Below are positions 42,064-54,808 of a stretch of DNA of 64,000 nucleotides, in pieces. Below the pieces are notes generated by a model. It was not told where the DNA came from, ran no database searches, and saw only the letters and a list, made by a program, of their open reading frames with translations. Location of the stretch: the NCBI GenBank assembly GCA_002269645.1, contig NIVC01000129.1, positions 480,755 through 544,754 of the forward strand. Direction: 5' to 3'. Position 1 is the first letter of the stretch. Every line of letters starts with the position of its first letter. Made by a program: the position numbers and the translations under genes. Source of the stretch: Macrostomum lignano. Its lineage: Eukaryota.

Positions 42064-45000
42064 ATGACTGTGAAAAAATCTGCTCGATTTCTGCTTTTCT
42101 GGCTCGTCTGCTGCTGCTGCAGTTCGGTCTGCTTTGGCTACAGGTGGGACTACATCAAGATGCCGGACTTCAAGGGCACTGAGTACATCTTCCGCTACCC
42201 GCTCAAAGATGACTTGACGAAGAGTGATTTCGAAGATGGGGAAAAGTACCAAATATTTGCTTCGGCCTGCTTTAATCTGACAGAGAACAGCCACAAAATC
42301 TTTGCTCCGCTTAACGACACGAGAGCGCTGGATGCGTTTACCGCATTGTTTGCCAAAAAGTGAGTCGCCTACTACCATTAGTGATAAAGAGAAAATTAAT
42401 TAACAGAATTTATAGCATGACACATTACTCTCTTAAAGCCACTTGTTGAAAGCCTCTAGACCCTAGCTGCTCCTGCAATAAAAAAACTAATCAAAACTAC
42501 TCAAGATTTCGTATAGAATTGGCAGAAAAAAACGATATAAAATACTCAAATCCTTGATTTTTCGTTAGACTATTCATATCTTTGACTGTTTGGAGTTGTG
42601 CAGTCAAAGACATGGGAAATAAATTCAAATAGCTATTTATTCTCGAACACCTAGCGCTCTGGGACCAGTGAAAAACGACTAGGGTTGCTGAATCTATTCT
42701 ACCATAGTGCCCCCGAAACCTCAACCCACAAGAACACTTTTGTCTGATCATATTTGAGTCTCTAAGGTTAAACTGATAACCCTGGTCACGAATCATTCCC
42801 AGAGTTCTTAGTCTAGATACCGATTGATAATTCAAAACATGAAGATTTTCAACATTGTCTCAAATACGAGTACATTTATCACGCTTGCCGAATATTTTAG
42901 TGCAACCGTGGGATCGATTGTAAACGACAAAATTCTTTGCACCAACTGGACCTACCGGCCCTATCACTATTCCGGAGGAGCCCCAGTGCCCCTGGCCTGG
43001 AACATGTTCGGACCGACTTTCACCCCGCCAGCTTCGCTGTGGGACGGCTCCTCTGTAGACAAAGCAGCAAATCTGATCACTTTGAAGCGAATTGGAAACA
43101 TTTTTAAGTACTCTGCGGAGAAATCCAGCGTCAAAATGTACTACGTGTGCGAGTACTTTCCTCTGCGTGAGTTGAGTTCATTTATGTTTTTAATTTAACT
43201 AGAAGCTAAAACAATATATGAAAATTAGATGGTGCTGATGAGTACTATAAGGGTACACTTATTTAAAACAATATCGAGTTGTTACTGTGTTTCTAGAGAC
43301 TCTTTTCAATGGTTTAATAGTTAACACGTTTCTCTAGATCTACGGAATTTACATTTGTTCTTTTTAAAGTACAAGGATGTAGTGACTTAAAAAAAGAAAA
43401 AGCGAGTTTTTCTGAGGTACTTGAGGATGGTTTAGATCATTTTACAATTGAGAACACTCATCTTAGGTCATTGTTATGTTTTTATTTTTAGTGTAACCTA
43501 TAAATTAAAAAACTTCTTGTACTTTTGATTTTACCATTTAAACAAATCTTAAAAGATGAACACTGATGAAATTTTCAGCCAGCAGCTCAGCACCAGCGAC
43601 ATTTCACTGCAGCCAGGCGACCTCTGTTGCTAGCTGGGACGGTGGCCCGTCAGTCAACCAGAGCTACTGCGTGCACAGTGAAGAGCGAAAGGTGGATGAC
43701 GATTACGGTTTTGGCTACAATGAGTACACTCTGTTCTGCGAGGGAGGCGGCGGGCGCCCAGCGCAGGCGGAGAGCGTGGAGAAGCGAACAAAGCTGTGGT
43801 TTGTTATGTTTATCGATGTTGAGAATTTCCGATTTAGTTTTCTGATTTTTTACACAAAACAGATTCAAGTTGCTTTTTGGAGCTCGAGAAGTCTTTAAAT
43901 TTCTAAAATATTGATTCAATAATCTTCGTTGCACACCTGTGCTGTCGGTTTCTTAAGCTGAACAATCTTTGAACTTTTTTAAACTGAAGCCCAAAATCTG
44001 GGTACGCCTGCTTCCTCGTATCAATTTAGGAAGTTTGGACTGTTATTTGGAGTCCATGTACATGTATTATTATGAAGTTTTAAACGATATCTTAGTATAT
44101 AGAACTAGCAATTAGCGCCCCCCGTTCGGGAGCCAACGAAGAATGTAATAAAGTTTTTTTTAATAAGCTAGATTTAACAGCCTTGAGATCTCGGAGCTTC
44201 CCATTCTTCTTCTTCTTCTTCGGGCGCGCTCGGGCCAGGGCCCATGGCACCGGGCGTCATACGGCGCCCGCCTTCCCGAGGATCCTCTCACCCCGACGCA
44301 GTTCTCGAAAACTGCCGCGGGCTCCGGGCTTGGTCCCCAGAGGCGGCAGCGGTGTGGAGTCAGGGCGGGGCAGGAGATCAGCAGATGGGCTGCCGTCTCC
44401 TCTCCATCGCCACAGAAGCGGCAGGTGGGGGCCACGTCAACGCCGATGGCGGCCTGGAAGCCCCGCAAAGCCGGGCAGCGGTCGGCGCGCAGCTGGCAGA
44501 TCAGCCGCTCCTGCCGCCGCGTGAGGTCGCTCGTCGGTGGAGGCGGCAGGCGGCCCGCCGTGCAGGCAAGGTGCCAGGCCAGCGAGCTCGTGCTCGCCGC
44601 CTCGGTGGCCGCCGCGTTGTAGGTCTGGTGCCAGCGGGCGAGGCAGTGGCGGCGGACGGCAGCCTGCGCGGCAGCCAACGGGATGGGCGCGGTGCCTTGC
44701 GCCAGCGTGGAGCCTCGCTTGGCGATCTCGTCCACGGCCTCGTTGACGGGGATTCCCGCGTGGCCAGGCACCCACTGCAGGTGGACCGAGGTTCTCCGGG
44801 CCGCGAGGTCGGCGAGGCTGGCCCAGACGGCGTCGATCATGGTGGTGCCCGTCGACCCGGGGCCGGACGCGAGCGCTCAGGGAGTCAGAGCAGATGCGGA
44901 CCGGCGACAGCTCTGCCGGGTCCGGGGCCGCGAGCACCCACCTAAGGGCCTCGGCGATGGCCACTAACTCGGCGTGGAAACTAGACGTCACGTGGCCAGC

Positions 45001-46673
45001 AGCGACGCACAGCGTGGTGTCGGGCTCGACCAGGACGCCGCTGCCGCCGTCCAGGATGCCGTCCTTTGCCGCTCCGTCGGTCCAGACCACAATGCCGGCG
45101 GGCGGCAGGGCGGCAAGCGTCTGCTCCGCCGCAGCTCTCCGGGCCTCCGGCAGGTCACCCCGCGAGGTCGGGGAGGCCAGCTGCAGCCCAAAGGTGACGG
45201 AGTCCAGAACAGCCCAGGGAGGTGTCGTCGGGACAGCGTGGACGGGCTCTCACGGGGAGCCGCCCAGGCCCGCAGCGCTGCATACGCTGGCCGCCGTCTC
45301 GCGCCAGCCGCGGGCGCTTTGGAGGCGGCGGCGCGGGCCAACGCTGGCCGCGCAGGCGCGCAGCGGGTTGTCATGCGGCAGCCTGAGGGCGCGCTCGTGG
45401 AGGAGGCCAGCGTGCATCTCCGCGCGGACTGCCATCGGCGGCAGTCCAGCCTCGCGCTCCAGCACCTCCGACCTGGTGTTCCGCGGACACCCGGTGATGA
45501 TGCGCGCGCCCAGGCGCTGGGCTCGGTCCAGGTGGTCGATAGCCGTCTTGCAGGCCGTCGGCATCCAGGCGCCGGCAGCGTACTCCAGCACCGGCCGCAC
45601 GTAGGCCGTGTAGAGCTGGCGCACGTCGCTCTGCTTGGCGCCCCAGTTTCTGCCAGACAGCGCCGCCAGGACGCCGCAGCGGGCGCGGGCGCGGCCGGCG
45701 ACGTTGGCGGCGTGCGCTGAGAAGCTGAGCAGCCGGTCCAGGATGACGCCGAGGAAGCGCGGCTGGCGGTCCGTCGAGAGCGGGGAGGAACTTCCCCTCG
45801 TAAGCCTTGGGGTTTCAGCAATTCCCTCCCATAAGCCTTGACATCTCAGCGATCCCCCCCCGAAGAGTCACAGCATTATAGAAATTTCCCCCAAGCCTTG
45901 GGATCTTAACAATTCCCAAATGAATATTTCATGTTCGACATGACGCTTCCTTTATGTTTGACATCGCTTCTTTTTGTTTTACATGAAGCTTCTTTTATTT
46001 TTGACATGACACTTCCCCTTCTATTTTTTACGTGACGCTTCTTTTATGATTTTTTTCTTTTCCTTGAGTTTTCTTTTTTTCTCCCAAAATTTGAACCCAA
46101 TTCGCTGCATTTGCAGTTTAGTCCACGGAATAAAAATATAATATATAAAATGCTCGTAAATAATGTATATTCTGCGGTTCCGTCTGTTTACGTCTAGGCT
46201 AGCTCTAATCCAACTGATGACATGAATTTTAGCAGTAAAAATAAAAATTCACATCAAGTTGGTTAGATCACAGAAATCAGTAATGACGTGATCAATTTCT
46301 CAATCATTTAGTACGAATGTAAACATATGATACAGACAGATATGTATCAGTCTATTAAAGGTAAAAATATGGTTACGCAATCTCAATCAAGTCCTGTGTT
46401 TTGCTTCCACATCGTGTTTTCAAACTGTTTTTTGAAAACCTTAAAACTTAAAACCTTAAAACATTAAAACCTGATGCAATCCTTACCAGAATCAGAACTC
46501 AGTCAGTCAGTTTTTTTCTCTAGCATTCTTAAAATGCATTTTAAAGTCGAAAAGTCAGCTTGACCTTTGCAAAAAGCATGCTTTTTGAATAATTATTCCC
46601 TTTATAAAAATTCATAAAGTTTAATAAAAATCGGTTGAGCCGTTTGTCAAATCAATCACATACCTAGGTACCT

Positions 46674-46734
<61 letters not shown>

Positions 46735-49700
46735 AACATTTTAATATAGTGGATGGAATTTAAAGATACGATCGAGCGCACATTGTGTTCATATCTCTTG
46801 AAATTACGTTTCATTGTTTTGTTTTTATTGCAAATACCTTACCGCAATATCGCGCAGGAACTGTTTACATTCCAACTATCACTATTTAGGACATTCGTCA
46901 ACCAAACCGTCTTGCCAAGCGGTTATGTTCCAGACGAAAAACACCTGCTGCTGGCTCTGATGTTCGACACCGGCATGACCAACTGGCGCCACCAGTCCTT
47001 CTGCATCCCCGGAACCCCGTGCCGATCCAGCTTTAACAAGGAAATCCTTAGCCAGGATAAAAGTTTTGGCCTCGTGGTAACTTACAAATGGAAGGATTCA
47101 TTGCCTAAGGAGGTCAAGACAAAAAAATACAATGAAGATTGTCCAGTGCTATGCACAGGTAAGGCTTACATATAGTGGCTGCGGCTAACACCAGCATTAT
47201 GTTTTTACCCTAGCCCTCTTCCATAAACTGCATTCGCACGCATCGAAATCATTTGCAGCCATGACCTGCCCTAATCCGCACACTGATGACCAGCTGAATG
47301 AAAAGAATCTTATCTGCACCTCCTGGAACAGCAGTCGGACGGCAGCAGAGCTGCAACTCAGGAAGCTGCCGTTTCAGCAAATTGAGTACACCTGTGTGCC
47401 GAATTTCGTCTTTCTCGGTGCGGAGAGCAACACCAGCTTTGTCAGACGATGCACCCAGGTAAAAATATATACCCGCTATCTGATTCTTCTTTTAAATCCT
47501 GCTTCTAATCTTTAAACACATCCAGATTAGTTTCGTCTCGATACCAAAGTATCCCTTCGAAAATTGAGTTATGGGATACGTGCACAGGAATATAAAGTTT
47601 ACCTAGGCCAATAGAGAAAAACAGGTTCAGCGTCACCTATAGAGTGTCCTTTAAATTCTTCACTAGCTATATAATAGGTAAATCAACTTTGAGGTTTGTC
47701 GAAAGTACCGCAAAACAATTAACGTTGCTACAAAGTTAACTTTTTTTGTTTTAACGCATCCACTCGCAATATTTGAAAAGCTAACAAAGTTCAGTTGCGA
47801 TAATGAAGCTTCGATAAACAGTTTCGACTGCCGAGTTGATAGATAATTATAACAAAGGCATAAAAGAAGTCTACAGATGCCAGCATACTTACTTGACTTT
47901 GCTGTAGGGGGCTCCGCATAGTCAGCATAAGTCACTCATTTACGAGTAAAATCGAACGTGAAATTGCTTTGAGTGTTGCAATCCCCTATCGAGCTATTTA
48001 TCGGAAACTTCTCAAATGCTTCACCATGCTGAATCATTTGCTTGTGAGGCACTTTTTGACAGTGACCGCCGGATTTCAACGACCCCCAGGTCAATTCGAT
48101 TATCGATGGGAGGCAGATCGGAGTATCATCAGAGTATCCAGACTCAGCCAGAGGATCTGCAAGCCAATTGATTAATTCACCCAGTCCGGAGACCATCTAG
48201 ACGCTCGTTTAAGCTCAGCTCAGAGTTTCGTTCTCATTTATTACTCATCACTCTATTGAATCTGCTCTCGGGAAGGTGCGGCGGAATGGATGCATTATGA
48301 TATATGAAATCCATTTCGTCTTCGATATTTAGCTTGAAGCTAAATTCAGATATTCAGATATAACATTCAGATATCTCACTGTCGTTGTATCCAGGTCTTA
48401 ATCATGAGAAAATTACAGTATAAGATCCCGGATGCGATCTGATTCTTTTTCTGGAATAGATTGCTTGCGGCTCTGATGTTCCTGCGGTGGAGTCAAAGCA
48501 GTGCCTGTGGGGGGAGACGAGGGACAGCAGTGGGAGTTGCCGGCAGTCGGGCGCGTCAGCCCCCTCTCCCTGTGCTGTGATTAGACGTCAGCCACTGGTT
48601 AATCCGAGTGGTGACAACGGCGGTGGGGATGGGGGCAATAGGCAGGGTACCAGTAAAAGACCCGGTCGAGCCAGCCTTGGCCAGGCCATCGGCCAGCTTC
48701 TTGCCGAGGTGATCCGAGTGCCCGGGATCCACCTAAGAAACACCTTTTTGGAGGCGATTAAGTGGTTAAGCTGCGTGATACAGTCGAGGACTATGCGCGA
48801 GCAAGTGGTGTTGCGCCCAAGGTCATGGATCGCCGGAGAGTGGAGGGTAATCTCCTTCCCTCATACATGCTGATTGTACTGTACAGCTCTATGATTCAGG
48901 AGCAGATAGCGAGAATGTCGCTCTGACGGTAAAGGAAATGCCGGTGGGCTGGGAGAAGGTCGCCACGATGCTCCCTCCAGCCACGATGCAGAAGCCGTAG
49001 CCAGATGTGGAGCTGATTTGAGACCCGTCAGTGAAGCAGCGGATTTCACGGGGTTGCCAGTTGTTCCTTGATTAGTGGCATAGTGGAATGCAGCCGTGGG
49101 AGATTTCTCAAGAGTAGCCGACGCCCGGAGTCCGCCCATTTGTCAGATGTCTCAACTCCTCTGCGGTATTCGCAGAGTTGTCGACACCCTCAGAGGTAGC
49201 AGATGAGGCAGCTTCCGTTCTTCTCTGTTCTTGAGCTTTTTTCTCTGGCGGAATTTCTGCAAGCGGGTGATGCTACGGGCCTTCTTTTTGGAGATTTGAC
49301 GCCGGCTACTCTCTGTTGTCCATCGACTTTAGTATTTTACTGAGAGGCGGCAGGGTTGTTGGAATCAGATGACGAATTGGGGTTAAGATGAGGGACAGCA
49401 GGGCCGTAATTCTAAAGCCAACAGCCAGCAACCGGGGTTGGCTGGAGTCCATGCCAGCACGACCGCTAGCACCCGAGAAACTCCTCGGCTAGGATCCCGA
49501 CTTGAAAAAACCAGAGGCTGAACCAAATATCACGATACTACATAGGCCCCCTGAGAGAGAAAGGGAGGCTGTCTCCAAAGCATGCAGACAACCTACATAC
49601 CCCAATTCGGACGGAGCCACTGGATGCATTGCCAGCGCCGGACCCCAGTCTGTCCAGCAGCCCTAGGGTCTGCCTAGACAGCTTGGAGAGGTGTCTGTAA

Positions 49701-52700
49701 TGCAGTATTCTCATCAGCCTTGTCCTGCTCCTACTATATATAGGAAGAGACGTGAAGCATCGCAGACCAGAGCCCGTAGACCCACTTTGTCTTATAGTTC
49801 GTAATTCACATGCATGCTGGAATGCCAATGCAAGCGCTGTGTATGCACATAAGAAACAAAAATCTTACGCTCTAAGGGCAATAATTTGTTGCAAAAAATT
49901 GAATTTAGTCCATCACAAAATTAACAACTAAACTAACTGCCAAATAAAAGCACAAAAACCTATTTTTTTTAAACAGGATGCGGTGTGGGACAGTGGAATC
50001 CCGACCTGCGTGTCGCTGCCGTGCACTCAGATGCCCGTCTATCCAAACGAAACAGCCGTCATAAAAAGCTTTACATTCAGAAGCGTCACTTACAATTTTG
50101 CTGATGGCCAGCTTCTTGTGCACCTCTTGTCGAATGGAACCTTTCGTCCAGGCGACAAGATCGAGATCGAGTGCAAATCGGGGTTTACAGGCTCCAGCCA
50201 GACCGCCTCCTGCATGCCTGGCGGAAGCTGGAGCCCCGTCACCATGGACTGCAGCCCCGGATACTGCGGCGGCGTCTCCGTCCCTCCGACGGTGGCCAAC
50301 TCGCAGGCCAACGCCACCCTCGGAAACACCTCCTGGGAGGGCGCCAGCCTCGCCTTCACCTGCAACACAAACTACAGCGTCGGCGGCCTCCCCAACGGAT
50401 CTGTCAGCTTCGTCATCAGCTGCATCAACAGCAGCTGGACCTCGTTCGCCCACCTGAACTGTCGACCGACCGCCTGCTCGAGTCTGCCGCCGGGACTGGG
50501 AAACTCCAGCCTGTACAGCTCGCTGAACCTCGAGCAGGAGCTGCAGACGGGTCTGCCGGCTTCAGGAGTGCAGGTCGACGACAGCCTCAGCTACGAGTGT
50601 CGGCCCGGCTTCGTTCGGACGACGCAGAACCGGCGATTGAGCATCTTCTGCAGGCTGGGAGACCGCTGGGAGCCGGACGTTCCCGGTCCGTGCCAGCTGC
50701 TCAACTGCTCACAGCCGGATGCCATCGTGCTGCAGCCTCAGGCTGCTCGCATGACCGTCATCAATGCATCGTTCAACTTTGCTAACAGCTCGCACCTGCC
50801 CTACACAAGTTTGGTGCGGCTGAGCTGCGAGGAGCCGTACTTTGCCATGCCGGGCAGCAGCGAGCTGGCCGTGTGCGGACTGTCAGACGGAGATCCGCCT
50901 GCGGCAGTGTGGCGCAGCGTCGGCTCAAATGTGGCCTTCAGCTGCCGCAGTAAGCAGCTTGTCATTATTGCTTCTAATCCGAAACTTGGAGTGGTGGCTT
51001 GCAAAAGAATGTACACCACTCTGGGCAATCTAGTTATAGATACCGGTATATAAATTTTGTATTGAACTGCCGTCTTTTTCAATAACAAGCCATCTCCGAA
51101 TCTTTTGTAGAGCACTGCAACAACAGTCTCTTGGCTCAGCTGGTGGGATTTGGACTGGTCGACTTCCCCACCAGCTCCTACACGGATCCCGACCGAGTGG
51201 CCAACGTTACCTGCCTTTCGAACGCCTTCGCTCCGCTGGCGGCGAACGTCAGTCTACAGAGCGACTCGCAGTTCCTCCTACAGGCGGTCTGCACCGCCGG
51301 AGACTGGACGGTGCTCAACCAGCTGCTGCTGCCGACATCGGAGACTCTGTGCCAGCCGAAGCCCTGTCTGTTGCCTACCAACCTGACTCGATCTACAGCC
51401 GTGCCCAGCAACAACCTGGGAAACGTGACTACGGGAGACGGTCAGGTGTACCTGCCAGTGAACAGCAGCGTGGAAGTGAGGTGCTGGCCCAACAGCCGCT
51501 TCGTGGACGCGTACGCGAGCTCTCGGACGGCGACATGTGAAGCAGGTTTGATTTTTCTCATTTTTGCTGCTAAATCTGGTTGCTAGCTCGTATAATTTTT
51601 CATCAAAATTTGTATCATTTAGGAATTTAATAGACAAATGTACTCGTAATAGCTCGTATATAGGATTCTTTAAATTTTCAATGCCAACTATTACCTTACC
51701 TGATTCTTGAAATCGAATAATCAATTTACTGATAGTTTATAGAAGTGCTTTTCGTGTGGATAAATAAAAATCGCCTAGGAATGACATGAGCAATTGGCAG
51801 GACAATTACCAGACAAACAAGTAAGCAACTAACCCAGGCACATGAAATAAATTAACAACGCATATTTCTCAGGCCCCCAGTGGAGCACAGATGGCTCCAT
51901 GAACTGCCAGCCGATCGTCTGTCTGGACAGCCAATTTGGTCCTAAAATGGATCCCAGCATTCTGGTCGGTCCTCTGAACGCCTCCATCCTGGCCGAGTCT
52001 GCGACCGGGCCGTTCCTCATCGGAGACCAGGTGGCCTTCGCGTGCCGGGAGAACATCTCACAATCAGGTCCCGTTCTGCTCAACTGCACCGCTGATTTGA
52101 ACTTCACGGGCATTTGGCAGCCGAATGCTGTAGAGCCTTTCTGTCCAAGTAATTTAATGCTATGTGCGTTGATCAGAGAAGAGTCTAAATTATTATCAAA
52201 TGCTTTATGCGTGACAAATTTTAAACAATCCACAGAACACTGCAGCAACAGCCAGTTGGATCAGCTTGTGGGCTATGGACAGGCGGTCTTCTACAGCAGT
52301 CCCAACACCGGGTCCAATCACTCTGCCAACGTCACCTGCTTTTTGAGTGCTTTCGCTCCGCTTGTGAACAGCAGCATGTACGGCGGCTCCCAGTTCTCAA
52401 TGCAGGCGGTCTGCAACGATGGAAACTGGACGGTGCTCAACCAGCTGCTGCTGCCGACATCGGAGACTCTGTGCCAGCCGAAGCCCTGTCTGTTGCCTAC
52501 CAACCTGACTCGATCTACAGCCGTTCCCAGCAACAACCTGGGAAACGTGACTACGGGAGACGGTCAGGTGTACCTGCCAGTGAACAGCACCGTGGAAGTG
52601 AGGTGCTGGCCCAACAGCCGTTTTGTGGACGCGTACGCGAGCTCACGGACGAAGACATGCGAGCTAGGTCTGATTCGATCGTTATGGAAATATTTTTCTT

Positions 52701-54808
52701 TGCCAGTTCTTTAAGCTCCGAGGGCAGTTTCGAATCTAAAACTCCAGCTAAACGGGCGACTTTATCCTGAGTTTCTGGGATTAATTATTTGTAAATCTAG
52801 GTCATTGAAATTTTAAAACCGTACCTCACGAATCTCATCTGCAGGACTTTGACAGAGCGCGTGCGTAAGGGTGTACGTAGCATTGCCGAAATAAAAAGCA
52901 ATAAGTTAGGAATCACGAACATAATTCGCCCTAAATGATAGAGATTTTAACTGTGTACTCGAATTAAGTTTAAATGAAAATTAGAAATAGCTTCGAAATG
53001 AAATGAATCAGATGATTAACTGGCAAGCCAAATACCAGACAAACGAATAAGCAACTAACCCAGGCCCATCAAATACCAGAGAATTAACAACGTATATTTC
53101 CCAGGACCTCAGTGGAGCGCAGGAGGCTCCATGAACTGCCAGCCGATCGTCTGTCCGGACAGCCAATTTGGTCCTGAAATCGATCCTAGCATTCTGGTCG
53201 GTCCTCTGAACGCCTCCATCCTAGCCGAGTCTGCGACCGGGCCGTTCCTCATCGGAGACCAGGTGGCCTTCGCGTGCCGGGAGAACGTCTCACAATCAGG
53301 TCCCGTTCTGCTCAACTGCACCGCTGATTCGAACTTCACGGGCATTTGGCAGCCGAATGCTGCAGAGCGTTTCTGTCCAAGTAATTTAATGCTATGTGTG
53401 TTGATTAGAGAAGAGTCTTTTTATTATCAAACGCTCTTATGCGCAACAAATGTAAACAATCCACAGGACACTGCAGCAACAGTCAGTTAGATCAGCTTGT
53501 GGGCTATGGACAGGCGGTCTTCTACAGCAGTCCCAACACCGGGTCCAATCACTCTGCCAACGTCACCTGCTTTTTGAGTGCTTTCGCTCCGCTTGTGAAC
53601 AGCAGCATGTACGGCGGCTCCCAGTTCTCAATGCAGGCGGTCTGCAACGATGGAAACTGGACGGTGCTTAACCAGCTGCTGCTGCCGACATCGGAGACTC
53701 TGTGCCAGCCGAAGCCCTGTCTGTTGCCTACCAACCTGACTCGATCTACAGCCGTTCCCAGCAACAACCTGGGAAACGTGACTACGGGAGACGGTCAGGT
53801 GTACCTGCCAGTGAACAGCACCGTGGAAGTGAGGTGCTGGTCCAACAGCCGTTTTGTGGACGCGTACGCGAGCTCACGGACGGCGACATGCGAGCTAGGT
53901 AAGATTAGTGTTTCGGTTTGAGTCGTATTTTTATAACGATGTCCTTCAATTTTATTGTTTTATTCAAACCGTTAAAATGTGAACAGGTGTGATGTCTTGT
54001 ATATAATAGCAAAGAGGGTTGGACCGTTCTAGTGCAGCATTTCTCAATCTAGGCCGAATTTTGGATATCAGAAGCAGCGAAGTTGTTTGATCCAAGCGAC
54101 TGAAAGGCCCGCGAATTGAATATCCGCAGGTTGAGCAGCAGGAGACATGCGAAATATGAATACAATATATTTTATCGCTTTTTCTGTGTAAGGTGTTTGC
54201 TTATACACATACGCTTATACTGATATGCATACAACTTGTAAATCTAAAGGAACGTGCAAAATTATCCCAGGGCCTCATTTGAGCGCCGGCGGCTCCATGA
54301 ACTGCCAGCCGATCGTCTGTCCGGACAGTCACTTCGGTCCCGGAATCGATCCTAGCATTCTGGTCGGTCCTCTGAACGCCTCCGTTCTGGCCGAGTCTGC
54401 GACAGGGCCGTTCCTCATCGGAGACCAGGTGGTCTTCGCGTGCCAGGAGAACGTCTCCTCTTCGGGCTCAGTGCTGCTCAACTGCGCGGCTGCACCGAAT
54501 TTCACAGCCGTTTGGCAGCCGAGCTTAAGTCCACCGTATTGCCCAGGTGAGTGTTTTGATGCTGCTCGGAGATAATTAAGGCAATTGCAGGTAAGTTAAG
54601 CGCTGGTAAGTGCAGAGGAGCAAATGAATTTATTGTTTCTAGATAAGTTATGCAATAAGAGCCAAAACTTGTGGAAAGGATCAAGATGTCCTAGTTAGTG
54701 CTGCTAGTGCTCTAGGGTTTCATCCGTGGTAATTAATCTCACGCAGCTTTCAGTCTCATTCTCCTCATCTCGTTGAATCTAACAATTCCTGTTTGCCTGG
54801 TTATCTAG
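42064..54808 (+). CDS. Lectin-like/sushi (CCP) surface protein, copy B (about 1,470 aa, 14 CCP modules, hydrophobic C-tail)
   Basis: Thirteen phase-consistent exons: 42064-42359, 42901-43166, 43579-43798, 46890-47158, 47259-47458, 49977-50949, 51111-51545, 51873-52148, 52236-52667, 53105-53380, 53467-53898, 54271-54546 and 54747-54808 (AFSLILLISLNLTIPVCLVI*). Total 4,413 nt, divisible by 3. Confidence 0.88.
44203..45786 (-). pseudogene. 5'-truncated, frameshifted RNase-H-containing LINE (I-group/Ingi-like)
   Basis: RT end PRFLGVILDRLLSFSAH..LSGRNWGA..LYTAYVRPVLEY; RNase H VWTDGA..FHAELVAI..ICSDSLSA..LQWVPGHAGIPVNEAVDEIAK; Zn-knuckle CRFCGDGEETAAHLLISC; (AAG)n tail. TSD-like GGAGCTTCCC (44193-44202) and GGAACTTCCC (45787-45796). 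At least two frameshifts. Confidence 0.9.
46677..46732. repeat. (GA)n microsatellite
   Basis: About 28 GA units near the 3' end of the Helentron-like element. Confidence 0.95.
48480..49070 (-). pseudogene. Degenerate LINE RNase H region (R1/LOA-like) in intron 5 of copy B
   Basis: Hand translation across frameshifts gives EIRCFTDGSQISSTSGYGFCI, RIVLDCITQLNHL..KVFLRWIPG, HSDHLG..LADGLAKAGS and INQWLTSNH..PDCRQ. This intron is 166 nt in copy A and about 2.5 kb in copy B. Confidence 0.65.

Larger units (their letters stand above)
44100..46754 (+). mobile_element. Helentron-associated (Lep1/DINE-1-like) non-autonomous element hosting a LINE insertion
   Basis: 5' ACTAGCAATTAGCGCCCCCCGTTCGGG; internal tandem repeats and a palindrome at about 46210-46262; 3' AAATCGGTTGAGCCGTTT..(GA)n..ACATTTTAATATAGTGGAT. 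The equivalent intron is about 210 nt in copy A and about 3.1 kb here. Confidence 0.5.

Noticed and set aside
43235-43260. CTGATGA-GTAC-loop-GTAC hammerhead-like half
   Set aside because: The required GAAA is replaced by ACTT; no stem III.
44183-45720. Several long plus-strand Arg/Ala/Gly-rich ORFs
   Set aside because: Antisense shadows of the GC-rich LINE fragment.
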